Source: Neoechinorhynchus agilis
Taxonomy: Eukaryota; Animalia; Acanthocephala
Direction of reading: 5' to 3'
DNA length: 64,000 nucleotides
Assembly: GCA_051530055.1 (NCBI GenBank)
Contig: CM121342.1
Span: 4,587,489-4,651,488 of the forward strand
Each line of letters starts with the position of its first letter. The stretch's first letter is position 1. A program made the translations under genes and the position numbers. The notes beneath the pieces were generated by a model that saw only the letters and a list, made by a program, of their open reading frames with translations, was not told the DNA's origin and made no database searches. Below, in pieces: positions 49,952-61,859 of the stretch.

Positions 49952-50024
49952 AACATTAAACTCATCGATTAGTGAGGTGAGCGATCAATGAAACCATCAA
50001 AAGCTGCTTTGTTCAGAATCGACA

Positions 50025-51640
50025 ATGATAGAAAATCCTTCGGGATGATAGACTTGGATTTGTGGATACCATAATCCCACGCGTCCGGATAAAATATATT
50101 TTGAGATATTTCCAAAAAGATTAATTCTCATCCGAGTCATTGCTTCTCAAGCTTGTTACCGAACTTAATCTTTTTGGAAATATCCAAAAATAAAATATAT
50201 TTTATCCGCGGGCGGATAATGATCTCCACAAATCCAACATTACGAAATTATTCATCCAGAAAAAGAAAAAATCCTTCGGGATGATAGACTTGGATTTGTG
50301 GATGCCATAATCCCACGCGTCCGGATAAATTTTATTTTGAGATATTTCCAAAAAGATTAATTCTCATCCGAGTCATTGCTTCTCAAGCTTGTTACCGAAC
50401 TTAATCTTTTTGGAAATATCCAAAAATAAAATATATTTTATCCGCGGGCGGATAATGATCTCCACAAATCCAACATTACGAAATTATTCATCCAGAAAAA
50501 GAAAAAATCCTTCGGGATGATAGACTTGGATTTGTGGATGCCATAATCCCACGCGTCCGGATAAATTTTATTTTGAGATATTTCCAAAAAGATTAATTCT
50601 CATCCGAGTCATTGCTTCTCAAGCTTGTTACCGAACTTAATCTTTTTGGAAATATCCAAAAATAAAATATATTTTATCCGCGGGCGGATAATGATCTCCA
50701 CAAATCCAACATTACGAAATTATTCATCCAGAAAAAGAAAAAATCCTTCGGGATGATAGACTTGGATTTGTGGATGCCATAAACCCACGCGTCCGGATAA
50801 ATTTTATTTTGAGATATTTCCAAAAAGATTAATTCTCATCCGAGTCATTGCTTCTCAAGCTTGTTACCGAACTTAATCTTTTTGGAAATATCCAAAAATA
50901 AAATATATTTTATCCGCGGGCGGATAATGATCTCCACAACTCCAACATTACGAAATTATTCATCCAGAAAAAGAAAAAATCCTTCGGGATGATAGACTTG
51001 GATTTGTGGATGCCATAATCCCACGCGTCCGGATAAATTTTATTTTGAGATATTTCCAAAAAGATTAATTCTCATCCGAGTCATTGCTTCTCAAGCTTGT
51101 TACCGAACTTAATCTTTTTGGAAATATCCAAAAATAAAATATATTTTATCCGCGGGAGGATAATGATCTCCACAACTCCAACATTACGAAATTATTCATT
51201 AAAAGAGAGAAAATCCTTCTTGATGATAGACTTGGATTTGTGGATACCATAATCCCACGCGTCCGGATAAAATATATTTTGAGATATTTCCAAAAAGATT
51301 AATCCTCATCCGAGTCATTGCTTCTCAAGCTTGTTACCGAACTTAATCTTTTTGGAAATATCCAAAAATAAAATATATTTTATGCGCGGGAGGATAATGA
51401 TCGCCACAACTCCAACATTACGAAATTATTCATCAAAAAAGAAAAAATCCTTCGGGATGATAGACTTGGATTTGTGGATACCATAATCCCACGCGTCCGG
51501 ATAAAATATATTTTGAGATATTTCCAAAAAGATTAATCCTCATCCGAGTCATTGTTTCTCAAGTTTGTTACCGAACTTAATCTTTTTGGAAATATCCAAA
51601 AATAAAATATATTTTATCCGCGGCTGGATAATGATCTCCT
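50025..51640. repeat. 236-bp palindromic satellite family, locus 2 (about 6.8 copies)
   Basis: gatagacttgg at 50047, 50283 and 50519. Each unit is an imperfect hairpin: ttggatttgtgga/tccacaaatccaa and cggataaaatatatttt..ttccaaaaagattaa/ttaatctttttggaa..aaaatatattttatccg. Confidence 0.95.
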
Positions 51641-51954
51641 GCCACACATCTCAAACTTTATTGTGTTATCAAGAGAGAAAATCCTTCGGGATTATAGAGT
51701 TTGAGACTTACGCATTCATGTGATTTAACATGAATCCATAATTTTTTTAGTAAGAGAAAGTAACAAAACTACTTGAGCAATCTAATTACCGAGTCCATAA
51801 TTAGCTTTAATTTGTAAGAGATTCCATGGGTTTTCTCATATTAAACAACTGTCCATCGAGAAAGTACTAAAAAGTTCATTGAAACGAAGTGTTTATTTTC
51901 TTAGAGGTTATAAATAATAATAGATATTCCGGGTTTTTTGGTATGTCCATTGGA

Positions 51955-52170
51955 GTTGGGAATATCTGGACGGGGAGATATTTGTTCAGGTTGGGAATAT
52001 CCGGTCTTGGGGAGATGTCCATTCGGGTTGGGAATATCCGGTCTGAGGAGATATCCATTGGAGTTGGGAATATCCGGTCTGAGGAGATGTCCATTCGGGT
52101 TGGGAATATCCGGTCTAAGGAGATATCCATTCGGGTTGGGAATATCCGGTCTGGGGGAGATGTCCGTTCG
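51955..52170. repeat. 36-bp minisatellite, about 6 copies
   Basis: gggaatatccggtct at 52030, 52066 and 52102. Confidence 0.9.
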
Positions 52171-52230
52171 GGTGTGAAAGTTGGTGATTATTGTTTTCAG
52201 GAGCGCTTCCTCCGGTTCATTTATTTTAGA

Positions 52231-53394
52231 ATGAACATTTCAGCTCTATATGGAATAATGTCTACACCTCAGTGGATTCACAAGGCATCCAGTTGGCACC
52301 GTTCCATCCGCTTTCCGAAGAGAACTGATGAAGACATTAAAATTCGATACATAAGCGACAATTTAGTGGTTTCCGAGAAGCAAGAAGGAGTGGTTGTTCA
52401 ATCGGTTATGGACCAAAGTCACACAAGTCTCTTAATTTCTAAACTTCACCGTTCTTATGGTCAGATGAAACTATTTCCAGTGCATCGATTAGACCAATGC
52501 ACCAGCGGTCTTGTTTGCTATGCCTTAAACGTGGAAACAGCTCGTGAGGTGGGCCACTTGATGGAAAGAAGGTCGATGGCAATACAAAAAGAGTATACAG
52601 CGCTAGTATTTGGCCATGTTCAACAAGCTTCGAAGCAAGAATGGAATTCCATTTATCAAAAATTGGGCAGAAAAAATCCATTTTCGTGTTTTGTTGACGC
52701 AATAGAAGATGGAAAGGATTCCATGACGATGGCGAAGATTCTTGAACGCGGATATTATGAAGGGGAGCGAGCCACAAAGCTCGTTTTACAAATCGCGAAT
52801 TTACGGATCCTCACATTTTTTGACGTTTTATCCAGAACAAAAAGAAATATTTCCCCGATCGTCGTGAATCTTGGAAAGTGAAATGCTTTTGAACTTTTGT
52901 CGACAGTTTCTGATCAACCTTCTTTAAATTTGCTTTGTTCCTATAAAAATTTGGTTCATTTTGGCCTTAAATCTCCGCAGTTTCGAATGAACCTTCTGAA
53001 CTTTGCTTGATCCTTAAAAATTCGTACATTTGGCCTTAAATCTCAGCAGTTCGCTGACACGAACTTTCGGTTAGTTTCGTCCGTAAACTCTGCAATGATA
53101 AGACTGTTGACCGGTCGTCGTCATCAAATTCGCGTTCATCTTTCTTCAATTGGCCATCCGATCATTGGCGATCTGATGTACAATCGAGACGGTGAAATGA
53201 TTAATGTTAATGAATACGGTTTTCGGGTCGGATCAAATTAAACCGGATTCACTTTTCGACGCAACAAAAACCTGCTTTCATTCATGATTCCGCGGACAAT
53301 GCTCCATGCAAGCCGACTTCGAATTAAGACAAGTTCTGACGACGTGGACATTCGTTCTTTTGATAACTTCCATTTGAAAAACATTGAATTTTAA
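52231..53394 (+). CDS. RluA-family RNA pseudouridine synthase (RPUSD-type), with intron(s) at about 52800-53090
   Basis: [18 protein letters not shown] (catalytic Asp), [37 protein letters not shown] and [12 protein letters not shown] at 52231 follows ttattttaga. Confidence 0.88.
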
Positions 53395-53437
53395 CTTTTT
53401 ACGGTCCATAACCTTTGTTTTCGTCTTTTTTTAGACA

Positions 53438-55453
53438 ATGGGACTTAAACTTCGCTATCACGAGAGTAAGCTGCTTAAGAAACACAATTTCCTTAAATGG
53501 GAGATCGATGGAAACAATCTACACGAGAACAGAATAATGTTGCGGTACAGAATTCCGAAGCGGGAAGATTACACAATGTGAGTGCTCTTTAATCGATTCC
53601 TCCCAATAAATTGGGACTTTAAACTATTCGGATAAGAGATTTTTATCAGATTACCGAAAACCCAATATGATTTATTTAGTTTTTTAAAGCTGAACTACAG
53701 ATATCAAAGTTCTTAATGTTCGCGGGGAATTTGTTAAAAAAGGCAAAACGAGAGAAAAGTCTATATTTTTTTGGTTTTTTCGTTGAAAAATAATCACTTA
53801 TTTGATATCTGTATCTCATTGGGCACATTTGCGTTTTCGCCGATAGGTCTCTGATTCTCTTGAGAAACAGTAGTTGAGCAGGAAAGTTTTTTCGGAAATA
53901 TCCAAAAATAAAATATATTTTATGCGCGGGAGGATAATGATCTCCTCAACTCCAACATTACGAAATTTTCATTAAAAGAGAGAAAATCCTTTTTGATGAT
54001 AGACTTGGATTTGCGGATGCCATAATCCCACGCGTCCGGATAAAATATATTTTGAGATATTTCCAAAAAGATTAATCCTCATCCGAGTCATTGCTTCTCA
54101 AGTTTGTTACCGAACTTAATCTTTTCGGAAATATCCAAAAATAAAATATATTTTATCCGTAGGCGGATAATGAATTCCACAGCTCCAACATTACGAAATT
54201 ATTCATCCAGAAAAACAAAAAATCCTCCGGGGTGATAGACTTGGATTTGTGGATTCCATAATCCCACGCGTCCGGATAAAATATATTTTGAGATATTTCC
54301 AAAAAGATTAATCCTCATCCGAGTCATTGTTTCTCAAGTTTGTTACGGAACTTAATCTTTTTGGAAATATCCAAAAATAAAATATATTTTATCCGTAGGC
54401 GGATAATGATCTCCACAACTCCAACATTACGAAATTATTCATCCAGAAAAAGAAAAAATCCTTCTTGATGATAGACTTGGATTTGCGGATACCATAATCC
54501 CACGCGTCCGGATAAATTTTATTTTGAGATATTTCCAAAAAGATTAATTCTCATCCGAGTCATTGCTTCTCAAGCTTGTTACCGAACTTAATCTTTTTGG
54601 AAATATCCAAAAATAAAATATATTTTATCCGCGGGCGGATAATGATCTCCACAACTCCAACATTACGAAATCATTCATCCAGAAAAAGAAAAAATCCTTC
54701 GGGATGATAGACTTGGATTTGTGGATGCCATAATCCCACGCGTCCGGATAAAATATATTTTGAGATATTTCCAAAAAGATTAATCCTCATCCGAGTCATT
54801 GTTTCTCAGGCTTGTTACCGAACTTAATCTTTTTGGAAATATCCAAAAATATATTTTATCCGCTTAAGGCTGGGAAAATCTGGACTAATTTTCGGTATTT
54901 TATAAAGCTACAATCAATTGAGTCGCAACATAAGAGATGTCGCTACTAAGATACGATCTATTGATCCAGAAGATCCATTCAGAGCTCTGGCAACAGATAC
55001 ATTACTCACTAAACTGTAAGTCTTTTTTCTCTCTCAAGAAACAAACAAGATTTGTCCAGGTACGACATGGGTCTTATCGCACAAAAAAAGGATCTTGAGC
55101 TGGTTAGCAGAGTGAACGCGAGCAGTTTTTGCCGGTACGAGGTTTTTTTCTACGTTTGTTGAACTATCAAGTTTTTAATTAGACGTCGTTTGCCGGTTGT
55201 TATGCATCGATCAGGAATGGTGGAACATCTTAAAATGGCAGTTAAGTACGTTCAACACGGTCATGTTCGAATCGGGCCTGATATTATCAAAGATCCAGCT
55301 TTCTTGGTCACGAGGTTCATTTTTACTTCTGTTGAAAGATTCCCACTTGAATATAGACAAATGGAAGACCATTTGACATGGGTCGACTCATCTGCCATCA
55401 AGAAAAAGATTCAATCATACAATGATCAAGAAGATGATTTCGAAGGAATCTAA
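53438..55453 (+). CDS. IMP3: U3 snoRNP protein IMP3
   Basis: Exon 1 (53438-53577) MGLKLRYHESKLLKKHNFLKW...REDYT. Exon 2 from 54908 YNQLSRNIR...DPFR...LLTKLYDMG. Then SSFCRRRLPVVM, GHVRIGP and EDHLTWVDSSAIKKKI. Confidence 0.93.
53698..53811. mobile_element. 114-bp Tc1/mariner-type MITE in IMP3 intron 1
   Basis: TA|CAGATATCAAA ... TTTGATATCTG|TA: 11-bp TIR with TA on both sides. Confidence 0.5.
53885..54865. repeat. 236-bp palindromic satellite family, locus 3 (about 4 copies, IMP3 intron 1)
   Basis: Same unit as locus 2, lying between the IMP3 donor at 53578 and acceptor at 54907. Confidence 0.95.
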
Positions 55454-55610
55454 ATAAATCCCCCTATTTTAAAACTGCTCGTATCTTGTCTCAAATATTG
55501 TTTCTGTTTCAAAAAGGAATTCACAGAATGATTAGCATCAAACGTATTCGTTGGGGAATGTGCAAAAGTATTTCTAATTTTAAAATTCCCGATCCCCCTT
55601 TTTTAGACAG

Positions 55611-56623
55611 ATGACGGAAAAAGCGAGGAAGCAGTGTGGATCATGTCATAAGAAACCAGCAAACGTCCGAAGATCTCTTAATCGAGCTCTTGTTTGTACT
55701 GATTGTTTTTCCCGATTGTTTGAGGAAGAGGTCTACCAACAATGTCTTCGGTCGAACTTGTTTCAATCGAAAGCAACGATTATTGTAGCTGTGAGTGGAG
55801 GAAAGGACTCTACAGTTTTGGTGCATGTTCTTCGTACTATAATGGATCGTTACTCGATCGTGGATTGTAGTAACATTGAATTATTGGCCGTGGACGAAGG
55901 TATCGAAGGATACAGGAACGATAGCCTTGAAATAGTGAGACTTTTGTCCAAAAAATACTCACTTCCACTGAGTATGATGAGTTTTGATGAAATGTTCAAT
56001 GGTAACACCATGGACAAGGTAGTCGAAATGATTGGTATGGCTTGTTCTTGCACTTATTGTGGCGTATTCAGAAGACGAGCTCTGGACGTTGGAGTGAACA
56101 AGATCGCATCGAAACGCACAACTAACACAGTGTTGGTAAAAAAAGCATTGGGTTTTTTTCGGCGGTTTCCAATAGACCCATTGCAATGACCGGTCACAAT
56201 TTGGACGATTGCGTTGAAACTATTCTTTTAAACATCCTTCGAGGAGACGCAAAACGTCTCCAAATGAACGATTTGGACCTATTGAACAACAGTCGAATCA
56301 AACCTCTTTCAATGCAGTTTGAACGTGAGATTGTCCTCTATGCTCATTTAAACAAGCTGCCTTATCATTCAACCGAATGCAAATACGCCGTGGATGCTTT
56401 TAGGTCTCATGCTCGGACATTTGTTCGTCAATTGCAAACAATTCGGCCACAGTCATTGATTGATATTCTTCATGGCTCCAAAGAAATAGCAGATTTGCTG
56501 GGGCGGTCAAAAAACCACGTCTCCAACTCCCAATTGAGAAAGTGTAGTCAATGTGATCAATTTGCTTCTTCGCCAATTTGCAACGTCTGCAAACTTCTTG
56601 CGGATTTGAACACTTTTAACTAA
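55611..56623 (+). CDS. CTU1: Cytoplasmic tRNA 2-thiolation protein 1 (2 exons)
   Basis: CGSC, CTDCF...FEEEV, PP-loop AVSGGKDSTVL, VDEGIEGYR, CTYCGVFRRRALD, TGHNLDDCVETILLNILRGD, YHSTECKY and terminal CxxC pairs. Confidence 0.93.
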
Positions 56624-56815
56624 TTCGTGATTTTGATGGCTCTTCTCAAGAATCATATTTGTTTGTATTATCTACGCCTTTTCGGTAGGCAGCCGTCGTC
56701 AAAGTATACACCATTTTGTGAACCGTACGTTTTTTTTGTGTGTGTGTTAAAGGCAAAATCAATTTCGCCTTTAACAACAAAAAAAGGTATTTCTGGTTCA
56801 CAATAAGGATTTTAG

Positions 56816-57721
56816 ATGAGTGTTCCTAAACCAGAAGACGAATACACTAATACAATTTTCGGTGATGGCAAAATAAGTGCGACTCACATGCCGTACTTGA
56901 GAATGATTGTGAGCAGAGCAAGCGTTACCGAAATGGCGGACCGACTCGTTGCGAATTACATGCTCGTACGGGCTCATAGCGAATCACTAGCTGCTTTTCT
57001 GAAGGAATCGAAATTTCTGTCTCAAAATCACTTTTCTCAGCTGCGATTCAAGGACAACCAAAAGGGGTTTAAGTATATGAAAATACGTCGAGAGGTGTGT
57101 GAATCGATCGAAGAAGGAAAGTCAAATAAGGCAAGATCAATGATTAATCTTCACTTTGACTCGTTGGTTGAGAAATCATCTCAGTTGAAGTTCATTATTA
57201 CGTTCCAGGAATTTCTCGATCGAACACTAGTACCGAATTTCGATCACCAGGAAGCTCTTAAATTCGCGAGGGATAATCTTTCCGAGTATTTGAACTCTCG
57301 AGACAGTCGGGAAACTCTTATATGCGATGCACTGACGCTTCTAGCGTTTTCGGAGCCGGGTCAATGCCCGTGCTCTTATCTAAAGTCCCAGAAACGGAGA
57401 GATGATGCCGCTCGGATGGTTTCCTTTAGACTAATGCAAGAAATTGAACGGCTGGCTATGATAGATGCAGGTTTAGATGATATTGAAGTAGAGGAAGTTC
57501 CTGATTCCAATTTGCTGACTTCATATAATGCTTCTTTTGCTCTGATTTCGCATATAGGACTTATGGAGAAAGTTCAACAGAAGATCGCAAAGCCAACGTT
57601 TGTCGCGATACAAAGTTTTAGTCGATTCAGTCTTATAGGCGACCCGACAAAAGAAATACAAGAAGAGATTGATAGTTTCATGCATGATAATCGGCGACCA
57701 ATATGGCGACAACACTATTAG
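56816..57721 (+). CDS. LisH-CTLH-CRA domain protein (GID8/TWA1-like)
   Basis: LisH-like LVANYMLVRAHSESLAAFLKES, CTLH-like IRREVCESIEEG...LKFIITFQEFLD, CRA-like EALKFARDNL...DALTLLAFSEP. Confidence 0.72.
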   Translation: MSVPKPEDEYTNTIFGDGKISATHMPYLRMIVSRASVTEMADRLVANYMLVRAHSESLAAFLKESKFLSQNHFSQLRFKDNQKGFKYMKIRREVCESIEEGKSNKARSMINLHFDSLVEKSSQLKFIITFQEFLDRTLVPNFDHQEALKFARDNLSEYLNSRDSRETLICDALTLLAFSEPGQCPCSYLKSQKRRDDAARMVSFRLMQEIERLAMIDAGLDDIEVEEVPDSNLLTSYNASFALISHIGLMEKVQQKIAKPTFVAIQSFSRFSLIGDPTKEIQEEIDSFMHDNRRPIWRQHY

Positions 57722-57974
57722 CGATTATAACGTGTTCATTGAAAAAATTGTAGTGTCACGGTCCGATTTTTCGGCAAACCTCTGTTCTCCTTGCATTTGC
57801 TTCTTGTTCCTCGTATTTTACGATCAAATGATTTTTTTCTAAACAAGAAGAAGAGTTTATAAACATCCGCACCACCACCACCACGTTCTGGTGGGTTGTT
57901 TTGATAATCCAGAGAAGGTAGATGATTCACCGTTGTTTTTGTCTTAATGGCTGGATCGAATCGTAAAATCATCA

Positions 57975-58035
57975 AGAGTGAAAATCCTTCGCGATGTTAG
58001 AGTTGGAGATGTGGTGATTATAATCCAACCCGTCC
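57975..58035. repeat. Degenerate fragment of the 236-bp palindromic satellite
   Basis: gaaaatccttcgcgatgttagagttgga...gtccggataaaatatatttt. Confidence 0.7.
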
Positions 58036-58099
58036 GGATAAAATATATTTTATGAAAAGATAAACAGAAGGTGTACTTTAATCGATTTGTTGTTGTCGA

Positions 58100-58685
58100 A
58101 AGTTAAGATTCAAACTATAGAAATGATCGCCTGGAACGAAAATGGGTTTAAAATGAAATACATGAAAAAAGTTTGGCTAAAAGATAACGTAAAGTTTTCT
58201 CTCACTTTTTTGAAGATGTTTTTCTCGACAAAAACCTCTTTAAATAAAAAGTCGGCTATGAAGAATACTAAAGAGCCTCATTGAGGCGCTAAATAATTAA
58301 AAACATGGTTCTGCGATTGATTTCGATTTTTCTTCGAATTATCCCACGACATTTTAGTTTGTTTTCTGTTCGTAAAGAAAGTCGAGATTCAAACTATAGA
58401 AATGATCGCCTGGAACGAAAATGGGTTTAAAATGAAGTACATGAAAAAAGTTTGGCTAAAAGATAACGTAAAGTTTTCTCTCTCTTTTTTGAAGATGTTT
58501 TTCTCGACAAAAACCTCTTTAAATAAAAAGTCGGCTATGAAGAATACTAAAGAGCCTCATTGAGGCGCTAAATAATTAAAAACATGGTTCTGCGATTGAT
58601 TTCGATTTTTCTTCGAATTATCCCACGACATTTTAGTTTGTTTTCTGTTCGTAAAGAAAGTCGAGATTCAAACTATAGAAATGTC
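58100..58685. repeat. Tandem duplication, 279-bp unit, about 2.1 copies
   Basis: gattcaaactatagaaatg at about 58107, 58386 and 58665. Confidence 0.92.
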
Positions 58686-58753
58686 CGTTATTGGTAAAAT
58701 AGTGGGTTACGCATTTCATTCTTGATTGTTTTTAATTGACTTCAGGAATACAT

Positions 58754-61635
58754 TTACATCAACCAAAACTCAGAGTCGTCAAACGGATCCGCGAATTTAT
58801 CATAGGCAAGACGCTTACATATTTTGCCATCTTCACTGAATCCAAGTTTCATAATTTCGCAATTAGTGGTGACAACATATAGAATCCGACCGAGCCAACC
58901 TACAAGTGAGTAAGATCGGCATTGTAAGTCGTATTTTGTCAGATGAGTAAATGAGGGTTCGTTCTCATACGGATTGCCAACACCCATTGCGCTTATAGAT
59001 CTTATTGTTTGCTTTAGCATCTTCGTAGGTTTCCATGTTGGAAATATTTTCGGTGTTCGCTCAAATCCAAATATGTGAACGGTTGCGTTGTCGTTGATGA
59101 GTGCCATGAACTTGTCGTCTGGACTAAAACAGATCGAGTGGATCACGCATTCGTCGACGCCGCGCCTGAACTTTGTGATGAATGTAAATCTTTTGGTCTC
59201 AAATACATGAATGCTTGTTCCCTTCAGAATATTTGAAGCTAACTGAATACTGCGTTAAGAATACCTTTACTGACGTCGTTGCTAATAAGCTGCCGGATAA
59301 ACTAAACGCCAAAGATGAAAGTTCGTCTTTGTGAGATAAAAACATTTCTGCATTTGACACTTTATTGTTTACATTTTCCAGATCCTTTTGACAAATTTGT
59401 GTTAGAAAAAACACAGTATTTCAATCAACTTTTCTTTTTTGGTGATTTGAACTAAGTTTTTCACTAAACCCTAATCGATTGCTTCTATTGGGAAATGAAC
59501 TTTATTCAAGCGAAAGGTGTGCTCTTTTAAAATTCACAATTTATTTTCCACTTTATAGATTGATATTTTCTCCCCCCTTCCAAACTGAAATAAAAATGTC
59601 GATATGTGATTATTGTTTAGAAGTCTTAACCCGGTAAATGATTATTTCGATTAAAGACGTTCTGCGTGCCTCGTCGGTTTCATCATCAGTTTGTTAGTAA
59701 AAGACGATATCGATCATACAAACAAACTGGTGATGAACCCAACGAGGTTCGCAGAACGTCTTTAATCGAAATAATCATTTACCGGGTGAAGACTTCTAAA
59801 CAATAATATAAATAAAATTAATTCTCATACGCATATTCGTGATTAGACGTCGAAATCACCAAAAATGAATTTTCAAACTCCCATAACCTACAATAACTTG
59901 AAATATCCCACGCTTGCAAGGAAATGCGATAATATTCCGCTTCTCGTTTACATCGATGCACCCATAGGGATTTTTAACTTCGTACGAATTCAAAAGCTCA
60001 CCATCGGGAAATCCGATGATTACTACAGATGATGTACTAGCGACAATGCATCTAAATGTTTAAGAGACCAATTTAACTATCCTATAAATAATTAGGTTTA
60101 CTTATCGCGACAAATTTTGACATTCATTGTTGCTGACTTGCCAACATATTCGGCAACGACCTTTCGTTTCGACATATCGAAGAATAAAACTAAAAAAATG
60201 GATTAGTTTAACAACTTTGTTTGGCTTTTTGTGCCATTTAAGTTCGAAGGAGGGGAGCTCAGGTTATTAGAAAGGTAAAAACTCGTAAAAGCTTAAACGA
60301 CCAAGCTTTGAACTAGCTTTTGAAACGTCTTTTTTCTAAATTAGAACCGGTAACCGTTTTTGTACGTTCCTCAAAAGGGTCGAAGTTTACGGCTTTTTGC
60401 TCTAATGGAGTCGATATCTCTCCTCTCTCTGATTTAACGAATAAAAAAACCAACAAGACTTTAGAGCACCCTACCAAAATTTATCCGAACTTTCGTCATT
60501 ATCTCTCCATTCTTAAAAGTGAGATTTCGATTTAAGGGCTTACAAAGTTGTGCTATAACTTCAAAAACCTTTTATTTCGAAGCCAATATCTCTCTCTTTG
60601 ATTTAACGAATAAAAAAACCAACAAGACTTTAGAGCACCCTACCAAAATTTATTCGAACTTTCGTCATTATCTCTCCATTCTTAAAAGTGAGATTTCGAT
60701 TTAAGGGCTTACAAAGTTGTGCTATAACTTCAAAAACCTTTTATTTCGAAGCCAATATCTCTCTTTGATTTAACGAATAAAAAACCAACAAGACTTTAGA
60801 GCACCCTACCAAAATTTATCCGAACTTTCGTCATTATCTCTCCATTCTTTAAAGTGAGATTTCGATTTAAGGGCTTACAAAGTTGTGCTATAACTTCAAA
60901 AACCTTTTATTTCGAAGCCAATATCTCTCTCTTTGATTTAACGAATAAAAAAACCAACAAGACTTTAGAGCACCCTACCAAAATTTATTCGAACTTTCGT
61001 CATTATCTCTCCATTCTTTAAAGTGAGATTTCGATTTAAGGGCTTACAAAGTTGTGCTATAACTTCAAAAACCTTTTATTTCGAAGCCAATATCTCTCTC
61101 TGATTTAACGAATAAAAAAACCAACGAGACTTTAGAGCACCCTACCAAAATTTATTCGAACTTTCGTCATTATCTCTCCATTCTTAAAAGTGAGATTTCG
61201 ATTTAAGGGCTTACAAAGTTGTGCTATAACTTCAAAAACCTTTTATTTCGAAGCCAATATCTCTCTTTGATTTAACGAATAAAAAAACCAACGAGACTTT
61301 AGGGTATAAATGATTCTTAAAAGTGAGATTTCAATAAAGGAGTCTGTGGCATGGCTCAAAAAAAGGAAAAATTCAAACTGACCTCTATTATCTGGGCACT
61401 TTGGCTTCGTCCCTAGAACGGCTGGGATTATGGATACAATATTTTGTCTTCCATTTAATTCCATTTTAAATATTGGAATAAAATGGCCTAAGTGTTGATG
61501 TTTGGCCAGTTCCTTTTGAGCTTCACGAGTCATAGAGTAGATTTCGTAAATAGAATGAAACTTACTTATGAACGCTAATAATCTCAAGGGTTCAACATTG
61601 AATATAAAGATTTTATCATGCATAATTAATCCCAT
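58754..61635 (-). CDS. PROPPIN WD40 protein (WIPI3/WIPI4/Hsv2-like), multi-exon
   Basis: SHKDELSSLAFSLSGSLLATTSVK|GTSIHVF, the phosphoinositide-binding KFRRG motif, and IHSICFSPDDKFMALINDNATVHIF. N-terminal exon IFIFNVEPLR. Confidence 0.82.
59608..59808. mobile_element. Palindromic element with two inverted hammerhead-like cores, copy 2 (WIPI intron)
   Basis: Near-perfect 200-bp foldback. Minus arm: AAA-CUGAUGAU-GAAAC...GCAGAAC-GUC-UUU. Plus arm: AAA-CUGGUGAU-GAAC-loop-GUUC-GCAGAAC-GUC-UUU. Termini match 30392-30560. Confidence 0.65.
60380..61310. repeat. Intronic tandem array, about 168-bp unit, about 5.5 copies (WIPI intron)
   Basis: gatttaacgaataa at 60431, 60600 and 60767. Confidence 0.95.
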
Positions 61636-61859
61636 CAGATCTTTACTAGAATAAACCAGGATCTTTATGTCCGATTAACTGACCGTTTCTCGCATTAAAA
61701 CAAATAAATTGAACATTTCCATCCAAGGAACTCGTAAGCCGATTTTGACTGGACGGCAAATCGAGCTTCATCGAGAGATTAACATAATGTTAAAATTCTG
61801 CACGTCATAAAGTGCAACTCATACGATTCTTTCGTGAGTTTGTACATTTCGTAATTTAT

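Noticed and set aside
51889-52230. N-terminal extension of the RPUSD ORF (GNIRSEEISIRV repeats)
   Set aside because: It is the 36-bp minisatellite read in frame from a non-ATG start. An acceptor-like ttattttag directly precedes the ATG at 52231.
33740-59475. Isolated ccctaa motifs as interstitial telomeric repeats or CRE targets
   Set aside because: Single scattered hexamers, not arrays, and not adjacent to the CRE copies.
19480-61310. Regularly spaced repeats as CRISPR arrays
   Set aside because: The units are fully repeated with no unique spacers, there are no cas genes, and the context is eukaryotic with introns.
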